50,118 bases of DNA from a virus: IMG/VR virus record IMGVR_UViG_3300007352_000006; one strand, 5' to 3'. Under the pieces are notes generated by a model, which saw only the letters and a list, made by a program, of their open reading frames with translations, was not told the DNA's origin and did no database searches. Positions within the stretch are counted from its first letter, which is position 1; each line of letters starts with the position of its first letter. Positions 43,474 to 50,118 of this stretch are shown piece by piece. The translations under genes were made by a program, and so were the position numbers.

Positions 43474-43983
43474 TCATCCCCCGTAAAGCCATGTTTCGTA
43501 CCGCTGCCGCAGTATCCGCTTGCGCGCCAACCCCCGTCGGATAAGACTAACCATTGATACGGATATGCCATAAGTTTTTGCCGTCACAGCGAGAGGCCCT
43601 GAACTATCTCGAATCGCGACAACATCTTCGTCTGTGAGCTTTGTCTGTGGAAGATCGGCACCAAATTTGATGTTGCGGTTAATTGGTGTTTTCCGCCGGC
43701 CCTTGCGGGACATATCGCGAGAATTGTCAAGATTAGTTCCAAGAAAAAGATGGTTGGGGTTGACGCAAGATGGCGTATCACAACGATGTAAAACGCATAT
43801 GCCGTTTGGGATAGGCCCGTGGTGGGCCAACCAAGATGCGCGTGAAGCTATATACGATTTACCTTTATTCCGGAGCTTTCCATACCCGCCAGGATTTAGC
43901 GCACCAATCCATAGCCAGCACCCGGACATTGGTTCTGGGGTTGAGCCGTTTTCTATTGCCTGCATCAAATCAATAGCTCGCAT
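43474..43983 (-). CDS. HNH homing endonuclease (HNH_3 type) with C-terminal HTH
   Basis: GCWLWIGALNPGGYG ... VLHRCDTPSCVNPNHLFLGTNLDN. Confidence 0.8.
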   Translation of the reverse strand: MRAIDLMQAIENGSTPEPMSGCWLWIGALNPGGYGKLRNKGKSYIASRASWLAHHGPIPNGICVLHRCDTPSCVNPNHLFLGTNLDNSRDMSRKGRRKTPINRNIKFGADLPQTKLTDEDVVAIRDSSGPLAVTAKTYGISVSMVSLIRRGLARKRILRQRYETWLYGG

Positions 43984-44275
43984 TGTTGCCCGCCGCCCAT
44001 TTCCGGTATCGTTCCCGAAGCATGGGCTTCATGATTTTTTCGAGCCACCATTCCGGCCCCGGATTCGCCTCTTGATCCGCATGGCAGGTGAAGCACAGCG
44101 CAACGACCAGGCTGTCATCCGGTTTCAGCGATTGCCCGCCTTCGTGCCCGGCCCGGACGTGCGCCGGGATCGTGGTGCCGTCATTGCGCCCGCACGCCTC
44201 GCATTCACGGCCCGCGAAGCTGTCGAGATAGCGGCGGTCGCGGATGCGCTGGCGCTTCGGGAGCAGGAGAGTCAT
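43970..44275 (-). CDS. DUF968 / Ref-like HNH nuclease
   Basis: CEACG ... PAHVRAGHEGGQSLKPDD ... LCFTCH. Confidence 0.55.
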   Translation of the reverse strand: MTLLLPKRQRIRDRRYLDSFAGRECEACGRNDGTTIPAHVRAGHEGGQSLKPDDSLVVALCFTCHADQEANPGPEWWLEKIMKPMLRERYRKWAAGNNASY

Positions 44276-44315
44276 GCCTTCTCAAGCTCCTCGATCAGCG
44301 CGTCGCGCATGGCGC

Positions 44316-44429
44316 TCATCGTCCGTTCATTCTCTTATTGATCTGCCGCAACTCACGGATTCGCTCGTCGCACAGGATCTGCAGCCGGTCGTACACCTTG
44401 CCCGGCGGGCACGCGGCCGTGTCGGTCAT
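44316..44429 (-). CDS. 37-aa ORF
   Basis: Below cutoff as a separate gene; ATGA overlap with 44426..44932. Confidence 0.3.
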   Translation of the reverse strand: MTDTAACPPGKVYDRLQILCDERIRELRQINKRMNGR

Positions 44430-44932
44430 TTCGGCATCCCTTCCTTCGCTGAGGCTTCTGCCTTCGCCGAGGCTTCGGCGGCCGGCTTCGGCGCGCGCTC
44501 GGCATCTTCGGCCCGAAAGATCACGGCATGGTCGGCCGGCAGCCACGACCGGAGCGCGGCAACCGCTTCATCGATGTTTGGATGCCGCTGCGACATCCCG
44601 CCATCGGCGGATCGTTGTGAGAACACCAGCTTGAAATAGTCCCGGGTGTGGGTGCTGATCTCGAACCGGATGCGCGCCTCGTGGCAGAGCAGGACGAGCT
44701 TGGTCAGGCCGTCGAAGTCGAACGTCGACAGCCGGTTCGACCGCGCGACGATCTCGACCGCCCGCCCGCCGAGGAACGGCCGCCAGTGCCGCTTGAACGC
44801 GATCGGCGCGTTGTAGATGCCGCCGTAGCTGAGGCCGATGATCTCGGCGACCTTCGCCTCGGTCCGTGACAATGGCCGGTCGAGCATCTCGCGCAGCCAG
44901 TACGCATGATCGTATTTGACGTACTGGGTCAC
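44426..44932 (-). CDS. hypothetical protein, 168 aa
   Basis: ORF with EASAKAEASAKE tail repeat. Confidence 0.55.
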   Translation of the reverse strand: MTQYVKYDHAYWLREMLDRPLSRTEAKVAEIIGLSYGGIYNAPIAFKRHWRPFLGGRAVEIVARSNRLSTFDFDGLTKLVLLCHEARIRFEISTHTRDYFKLVFSQRSADGGMSQRHPNIDEAVAALRSWLPADHAVIFRAEDAERAPKPAAEASAKAEASAKEGMPK

Positions 44933-45936
44933 TTAGGCACCTCGTTCCATTCGCGGCCGTCGAGCAGGCGGCCGGCGCGGGATTTGCCGACGCGGGCCAT
45001 GCAGAAATCGCCGCGCATCCGGCAGCGCGCGACATGAATCGCGGGCGTTACCGAGCCGTCATCATCATCGGTGACAAAGCCAATCCCGTCGGTGCGCGCG
45101 GGTGCATAGCTACCCCACTGCTTGAAGAAGTAGGGAATGCCGTGCGCGGCACAGAAGTCGCGCGCGGCGCGGTGCCAGTCGGGATGCGAGGGCCGCGCCT
45201 TCGGCCCCGATTCGCCGCCCGAGATCAGCCAGCGCAGGAATTCCCAGCCGCGCCAGTCGATCGGACCAAGCGCCGGTTCGTAGGAGACGAAGGTGTTCCA
45301 GCCGGCTGCGGCGAGGGCGGCAAGATCGTCGCGGCGCCGGTCGGCCCACTCCTGGTTCTCGACGCTGACGCCGAGCCAGACGTTCGGCAGGGGCCAGACG
45401 CCGAGGCGGATGCGGCGGCCAGGCGGCGCGTGTGGTTCATGTTCCGGATCGGCGATCAGCACCAAGGTAATATCGCGGGCATCTGTCAGCGCCAGATCGC
45501 AGACCTGATCGTAGACCCGCTGCGCCACGCCGGGGTCGGTCATGTACGCCCGCATCCGCTCCGGCCGCTTGGTGAGGATTTGGAAGGTGTGCTGCGGCGC
45601 CAGCGCCATCACCGCGAGGTGCCGGTCGATCCAGTCGTCGGGGACCCAGTCGCCGAACAGGTCGGTCATCGAGTTCCAGAAGATGCGGCGCGGTTTGCGC
45701 CAGCGCAGAGGCATCAGCAGCGCGGCTTCGTCGAGGAACATACCGACCTTGGAGGCATCCTGCGCGGCGAAGCGCACCGGGTTGCCGAAGCGGGTCTGGA
45801 ACCGCTCGCTGTAGCAATTGGCGCAGCCGGGCGAGACGTGGATGCAGAAGTGCCCGGTCTTGCTGGCCTTACGGTTGCGCGCCCGAATCGGGTTCACCGA
45901 CGAATCGGTCCATTCGATCTTGCTGTTCTCAGCCAA
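44929..45936 (-). CDS. DUF5131 (phage Gp37/Gp68 family) protein
   Basis: KIEWTDSSVNPI ... VSPGCANCYSE N-terminal signature; TTG start with AGGAGG RBS. Confidence 0.8.
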   Translation of the reverse strand: MAENSKIEWTDSSVNPIRARNRKASKTGHFCIHVSPGCANCYSERFQTRFGNPVRFAAQDASKVGMFLDEAALLMPLRWRKPRRIFWNSMTDLFGDWVPDDWIDRHLAVMALAPQHTFQILTKRPERMRAYMTDPGVAQRVYDQVCDLALTDARDITLVLIADPEHEPHAPPGRRIRLGVWPLPNVWLGVSVENQEWADRRRDDLAALAAAGWNTFVSYEPALGPIDWRGWEFLRWLISGGESGPKARPSHPDWHRAARDFCAAHGIPYFFKQWGSYAPARTDGIGFVTDDDDGSVTPAIHVARCRMRGDFCMARVGKSRAGRLLDGREWNEVPK

Positions 45937-46051
45937 TCCACCCTCCTTCAGTCGGCCGGCAAGCCGCCCGCCTTTCGCCGGCCATCATGCGTTCAGCCGC
46001 TGCGCTGTTTTCCGTGTGCATCGGGAATGCGGCTGGCGGGGACGAATTCAT
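45929..46051 (-). CDS. 40-aa bridging ORF
   Basis: Below cutoff; ATGA overlap with the exonuclease stop; its stop overlaps the DUF5131 start. Confidence 0.25.
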   Translation of the reverse strand: MNSSPPAAFPMHTENSAAAERMMAGERRAACRPTEGGWIG

Positions 46052-46782
46052 ACCGTAAACCCCTCGGCGATGAATCGTTTCTCGTTCTGCCGGCGGAACT
46101 CGGCGTTGATGTCCTGGACCTCGCGGAGCAGGGCCGGGGTCGAGACGCGGCGCAACGGCTGGAAAGCGCCCAGCGCCAGCGCCCGGCGGTGCATGTCGTC
46201 AAGGGTGCCGCAGAACCGTTTCAGGGCGTCCGACAGTTTGGCGATATACGGTTCGTCGGGTGCGGTCTGGATCAGTGCCGGCGGGCAATGCGGGTGGAAG
46301 GCGTAGAGATCGGCGCGCTCCAGTTCGGCGACGAGGATCTGGCCCTGTACCTGCGGCTTGTAGTCGTCGGTCATTCCATCGAGCAGATAGCCCAAATGGA
46401 CATGGGGTGACGGGCACTTGATCTCGACCGCGACCCGGCGCGACCCGACGACGAGACGATCCGGCGAGCAGCCGATCGACCCGTCATCGGTGGTGATGAA
46501 CGACACCGCGACGGTCTCGACATCGAACTGGAATTGGTACTGCTGGACCGCCATGTCCTCCAGATCCTTTCCACGTTCCATCCACGGATTTGAGAACGAG
46601 CTTTCGGTCGGCATGTTCAGCAGGCGTTCGGCGACCAAGCGGAGGGCGTAATCGGCGGCCTGCGCCGACAGCTCGGCCTTCTTTTTCGTGACGACGCGAT
46701 GGAAATTTGACGCCGTCGGGATGCCGAGCCGAAGGGCAAGCCATTCGTCGGAGCCCTGCGCGACGCCGGTCCAGATTTTCAT
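46048..46782 (-). CDS. YqaJ-type (lambda Exo-like) recombination exonuclease
   Basis: GSDEWLALRLGIPTASNF ... EIKCP motifs. Confidence 0.8.
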   Translation of the reverse strand: MKIWTGVAQGSDEWLALRLGIPTASNFHRVVTKKKAELSAQAADYALRLVAERLLNMPTESSFSNPWMERGKDLEDMAVQQYQFQFDVETVAVSFITTDDGSIGCSPDRLVVGSRRVAVEIKCPSPHVHLGYLLDGMTDDYKPQVQGQILVAELERADLYAFHPHCPPALIQTAPDEPYIAKLSDALKRFCGTLDDMHRRALALGAFQPLRRVSTPALLREVQDINAEFRRQNEKRFIAEGFTV

Positions 46783-47534
46783 GCCGGCACCTTCCGGAGC
46801 TTGGTCAGCAACAGGTTCTTCGCCATGGTGAATGCCCCATGCGGGATTTCCGCCAGGTGCGCGGCCCCGGTTGCGGCGAGGAACTTCTGTTCGTCGGTGC
46901 CGGTTTCGTCGATCAGGGCTTCCAGTTCGGCAACCTGTTCGGGCGTGACGAACGAAACGCCACCCTTCACGCCGTCGTCATCGTCACCCTCGCGCACGAT
47001 GTTCAGCAGCATCTCGGCGCAGTAGCGCTTGCCGTAGCTGAGCGTGGACCCGACCGCCTGGAGGTTGTTCCGGCCCGGCCCTGTATCGACGGGAAGCGGG
47101 ATCTCGGCCCGCTTGGAATGCCCGCTGCTGTGCAGCAGTTCCCCGGTGACGACCAGCCCGCCGCCTTCCTTCGCCGCAGAGTTGAACGTCAGCGAGAATC
47201 CTTCCGCGCTGTAGACCGGCCGAATCACCGCATCCATGTCCTCCCACTTCGCGAACGGGATCGCACGGCCCTTGCCGAGATCGATGGTGCCGTTCTTCTT
47301 GACCCTGGGCAGCTTCGCCGACAGCCGGGAAAAGGCTTCGGTGAATTCACGCCTCGCCTGCCGGTCCTCCATTTCGGCCTGCATCCGGAGCAGGGCGTCG
47401 AGCTTGGCGACATCGACCGATGCATCTTTGGCGAGCGCGATGATTGCCGGCAGAAGCGATTGCGGTTGTTCCGTCGGTATAGGTGACAGCGCCGTTTGTG
47501 TGACGGGCGACAATGCGCCGGGTTCGTCGATCAC
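46779..47534 (-). CDS. erf: ERF-family single-strand annealing protein
   Basis: AVGSTLSYGKRYCAEMLLNI and HSSGH motifs of ERF. Confidence 0.7.
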   Translation of the reverse strand: MIDEPGALSPVTQTALSPIPTEQPQSLLPAIIALAKDASVDVAKLDALLRMQAEMEDRQARREFTEAFSRLSAKLPRVKKNGTIDLGKGRAIPFAKWEDMDAVIRPVYSAEGFSLTFNSAAKEGGGLVVTGELLHSSGHSKRAEIPLPVDTGPGRNNLQAVGSTLSYGKRYCAEMLLNIVREGDDDDGVKGGVSFVTPEQVAELEALIDETGTDEQKFLAATGAAHLAEIPHGAFTMAKNLLLTKLRKVPA

Positions 47535-47899
47535 AGCCCCTCTCCCTCGGTGATGGTGATGACCTTACGGGCGTCATGCCCACGAAGTTCCCTTGGGTTC
47601 ACATCGCCGTATGCCACATCGACGGTCGTCACGACACCGTTTCGAAATAAGAACACCGTCACCGTATGCGTGGCGGGCTCGTTGACGAGGTCCCAATCAG
47701 GATAACTCCCATGCGGATGCCATAGGCCGTTCAAATGCCATGATTCGGCACTTTCCTCTCTATCGCCCAACACGAGCCCGACGATTGGCTCCGAACTCGC
47801 TGCATCCGTACAGAGTATCCGCACCCTCCGGCCATCGCGGGTCCGCGCGATCAGGTGCCCGTTCTCGTCCTCGCGGCACTTCGTGATATCGAAGGTCAT
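47531..47899 (-). CDS. hypothetical protein, 122 aa
   Basis: ATG 47899 in an ATGA overlap. Confidence 0.5.
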   Translation of the reverse strand: MTFDITKCREDENGHLIARTRDGRRVRILCTDAASSEPIVGLVLGDREESAESWHLNGLWHPHGSYPDWDLVNEPATHTVTVFLFRNGVVTTVDVAYGDVNPRELRGHDARKVITITEGEGL

Positions 47900-47985
47900 G
47901 ACCACACCACCATTAATGCGATGAACATCAAGAATCCGAAGACCAAGGTGGTCGTCAGCGTAGAAAACCACCATTCATCGCTCAC
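47896..47985 (-). CDS. 29-aa single-TM micro-ORF
   Basis: GTGA overlap upstream, ATGA downstream; WWFSTLTTTLVFGFLMFIALMVVW. Confidence 0.25.
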   Translation of the reverse strand: MSDEWWFSTLTTTLVFGFLMFIALMVVWS

Positions 47986-48089
47986 GACACCACCATCCTT
48001 ATCAGTTCGAACGCCACTGCGAAGGCCAGTACCAGGAAGGCCCGGCCGAGGGGATTGGAAAGCGGGGGCGGGATATAGCAGCGAGTCAT
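47982..48089 (-). CDS. 35-aa single-TM micro-ORF
   Basis: ATGA overlap with 48086..48286; GRAFLVLAFAVAFELI. Confidence 0.3.
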   Translation of the reverse strand: MTRCYIPPPLSNPLGRAFLVLAFAVAFELIRMVVS

Positions 48090-48286
48090 GGCTTCCCCTT
48101 AATAGCCTGGGGCGTGCTGCATGTCTTGACCAGTTCATCGCCGCGTTCGGCGTACCGCAGCCGCTCAAGCACACGCGTTACAGCGAGGTCCGTCAAATCC
48201 CATTTCCCCGCCGCATATCGCGTATGCCCGATCAGATAATTGAGCGCGCGCGCTATTCTGCGCTCGCCCTCCCCATATGTGGTCAT
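48086..48286 (-). CDS. hypothetical protein, 66 aa
   Basis: GAAGGAAGG RBS. Confidence 0.5.
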   Translation of the reverse strand: MTTYGEGERRIARALNYLIGHTRYAAGKWDLTDLAVTRVLERLRYAERGDELVKTCSTPQAIKGKP

Positions 48287-48325
48287 GCCGCACCTTCCTT
48301 CTCTGCATAGCAGCGGGGCATGGTT

Positions 48326-48511
48326 TCACCACCACCCAAACCAAATGCCGATGCCATGAACCACGCCGACGGGCGGGAATACCAGCCCAAGAATAAGCAG
48401 GGCGGCATAATTCGTGGCGACGGTCACATAAATGTGTGTCACTATTGCGACCAAACATGTGACCGCGACAGCCACCCAAAAAAATCCGGCAAGATCATCC
48501 GAATATTTCAT
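48326..48511 (-). CDS. small membrane protein, 61 aa
   Basis: Two hydrophobic helices. Confidence 0.5.
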   Translation of the reverse strand: MKYSDDLAGFFWVAVAVTCLVAIVTHIYVTVATNYAALLILGLVFPPVGVVHGIGIWFGWW

Positions 48512-48675
48512 TCCGCATCTTCCTTCTTTCCGGGCCGCTCACCGGTATCGTGCTCGGCGTTGTGGGCGACCTTTTCCTGTTCCGCCCGCTTGGCCTGTTC
48601 CTCGAACTTCGCGAAGCCGGGGATATGTTTCCGGCACCACGGCAGGTCGAGTTCACGCATGGTGAGGTCGGTCAT
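48508..48675 (-). CDS. 55-aa ORF
   Basis: Below cutoff; ATGA overlaps at both ends. Confidence 0.4.
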   Translation of the reverse strand: MTDLTMRELDLPWCRKHIPGFAKFEEQAKRAEQEKVAHNAEHDTGERPGKKEDAE

Positions 48676-48902
48676 GCGATTCTCCACACCCGGACACCGC
48701 CATCAACGGTGCGGCAGAGGAATTTATAGGGCGGATGGCGGGCTGCCCAGCCTGAAGGTGTCGAACCCATGGAGTAAACCGTTTTGCCTGGGATAAAGAG
48801 TGAGTCCCCCACCTCCATTTCGGCCCATGGATATTTCCCGACTCGCCCCCCTACACCCGTTGGCGGGATCGATATGCTTTTCTCGATTTTGAATTCGGTC
48901 AT
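48672..48902 (-). CDS. hypothetical protein, 76 aa
   Basis: ATG 48902 in an ATGA overlap; KYPWAEMEVGDSLFIP. Confidence 0.5.
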   Translation of the reverse strand: MTEFKIEKSISIPPTGVGGRVGKYPWAEMEVGDSLFIPGKTVYSMGSTPSGWAARHPPYKFLCRTVDGGVRVWRIA

Positions 48903-49060
48903 TCGATTTCTCCTGCTTCCTTGAGGGCGGCACGGGCGACATTCGCCTGCCACAACCCGCCAAGGGTGATCTCTTTCAGCGCCGCCACGAGGGCGGGGTA
49001 TTTATCGGCGCGGCGATCGCGTTCGGCTGCCAGATTGGCAATCCATTCCTCGGCCCTCAT
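48899..49060 (-). CDS. 53-aa ORF
   Basis: Below cutoff; ATGA overlaps at both ends. Confidence 0.4.
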   Translation of the reverse strand: MRAEEWIANLAAERDRRADKYPALVAALKEITLGGLWQANVARAALKEAGEIE

Positions 49061-49227
49061 TTCTTCCTCCTCACTTCCCGGATTTCGACGCGGATGACGG
49101 TTTCGCCCAAATTGGCCTCAACTGCATCCGGGATAGCCCATATCCGCGGAGAGACCGCATATCGAGCTAACTTCCCGCGTTTTGATTTCATCCCCCACGC
49201 CAGCACCGGCTTCGCGCGCTTCTTCAT
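49057..49227 (-). CDS. 56-aa basic ORF
   Basis: Below cutoff; ATGA overlaps. Confidence 0.4.
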   Translation of the reverse strand: MKKRAKPVLAWGMKSKRGKLARYAVSPRIWAIPDAVEANLGETVIRVEIREVRRKK

Positions 49228-49382
49228 GGCGTCACCCCCCTCAGCGTCTTCCGAATCTCGCGCTTAACATTCGCTCGTGCCGCAGTCTTGCCGCTATTGC
49301 CACCGTGGTTGATCTTGGAGTAACGCGACTGGCAGCACGGGCAGCGGCGCAGGCGAGTAATGGCGGCGTGTAAGGGTTTCAT
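49224..49382 (-). CDS. 52-aa basic ORF with CPCC
   Basis: Below cutoff; ATGA overlaps at both ends. Confidence 0.4.
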   Translation of the reverse strand: MKPLHAAITRLRRCPCCQSRYSKINHGGNSGKTAARANVKREIRKTLRGVTP

Positions 49383-49615
49383 GGCGTCACCTTCAGCCTG
49401 CGGACTTGACCAGCGATTGCAGATTCATCGTATCCGTCAACTTTCGCCGCCGCATCTTCGACTCCGGCGTTGTAGGCTTCGCGCAGTAGGACGGCCAATC
49501 TCCCCGCATCTTCGTCGACCGTTTTATCCGACACCAGCGATTGCAGATTATCCGACCATTCCCCGCCGGCCTGTTCGGTTACGAACAACTTTGCTGTTGC
49601 CAGGAAATCCATCAC
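49379..49615 (-). CDS. acidic hypothetical protein, 78 aa
   Basis: ORF, ATGA overlaps. Confidence 0.5.
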   Translation of the reverse strand: MMDFLATAKLFVTEQAGGEWSDNLQSLVSDKTVDEDAGRLAVLLREAYNAGVEDAAAKVDGYDESAIAGQVRRLKVTP

Positions 49616-49902
49616 TTCCCCTCCCGTTCCTCATATTCGTGTTCCCGTGCGGCGGCGCGGTCGTCATCATCCCATTCCCAGAAATGGCCATCGCACCATT
49701 CGACCACCGCGGATTTCATTGACCGCAGCTTATCGTACAATATGACCCCCATAGATTCCCACGGTACCGTCACGCACCCATAATCACGGTGGTACAGCGA
49801 TATCGAATGGACGATCCAGCCGCCATCATCGCTGACCTCGGCCTCAAGGGACCAGCCATCCTGCAACGGCACGGAAACATCGCGGGCCATGAGCGGTGCC
49901 AT
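49612..49902 (-). CDS. acidic, Trp-rich hypothetical protein, 96 aa
   Basis: ORF. Confidence 0.5.
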   Translation of the reverse strand: MAPLMARDVSVPLQDGWSLEAEVSDDGGWIVHSISLYHRDYGCVTVPWESMGVILYDKLRSMKSAVVEWCDGHFWEWDDDDRAAAREHEYEEREGK

Positions 49903-49905
49903 CGG

Positions 49906-50118
49906 TCAGGATTCCGTTTTGGCAATGGCGGCGTCTATGACGGCCAAATCCGGCGCCGTCAATCGTTTGTCAGGCGTGGTGAAGGTCATTGTCCCATCCA
50001 CGGCAGCAACGTACCCTCGCGCGATTGTCAGTGCCTCGCGCAACATCGTCACCTGTTCGCGCAGACGGGCATTCTCATCGGCCAAAGTGCGCCCGACCTT
50101 GATCGCCAAATCCGTTCG
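49906..50118 (-). CDS. hypothetical coiled-coil protein running off the window end (wraps to ATG at position 93)
   Basis: Track ORF 49906..50109 uses TTG; an in-frame ATG with GGAG RBS lies 18 nt further upstream across the junction. Confidence 0.5.
   Translation of the reverse strand, partial: RTDLAIKVGRTLADENARLREQVTMLREALTIARGYVAAVDGTMTFTTPDKRLTAPDLAVIDAAIAKTES
50035..50118. repeat. Terminal overlap identical to 1-84
   Basis: Read directly. Confidence 0.95.

Noticed and set aside
44280-47534. The visibly higher GC of the recombination module (DUF5131, exonuclease, ERF) as evidence of a separate inserted element.
   Set aside because: The composition shift was judged only by eye. The genes are typical phage recombination functions, continuous with the operon through overlapping stops and starts. 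Ordinary phage mosaicism is the simpler explanation.

Overview
The window is one complete, circularly closed or permuted tailed-phage genome. Bases 1-84 are identical to 50035-50118, so the unit length is 50,034 bp. No integrase, cI-type repressor, DNA polymerase or RNA polymerase was recognised by eye. The layout has five parts. (a) A divergent early control region lies at about 340-716. (b) A rightward early/replication block (717-4317) holds a Cro-like HTH, RusA, a LexA-N-domain protein and a DUF1376 replication protein. (c) A leftward accessory island (8199 down to 4336) has its own sigma70-like promoter. It contains a freshly inserted 1,561-bp IS1595-family element with a perfect 8-bp target duplication, plus a duplicated gene whose second copy is a pseudogene. 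(d) A long rightward late block (8214-41258) runs terS, terL, portal, GroES-like, scaffold-like, major capsid, podovirus-like tail and internal proteins, then a lysis region with a class-3 lipase. (e) A leftward early operon (335 across the junction down to about 41.3 kb) consists of many tiny ATGA-coupled genes plus ERF, a YqaJ exonuclease, DUF5131, a DUF968/Ref-like nuclease, an HNH homing endonuclease and two MazG-like genes. It ends near a tRNA-Trp(CCA). The most unusual content is a cassette of about 6 kb (12097-18160) between terL and portal. It encodes three glycosyltransferase-like proteins, three methyltransferase domains, a Maf/DUF115-like domain and a radical-SAM enzyme. Three long non-coding stretches (405-716, 40011-40562, 42226-42528) look structured. 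The last carries three GAGA-capped hairpins. All functional calls rest on motif recognition by eye, because no searches could be run. An alphaproteobacterial host is only an inference.
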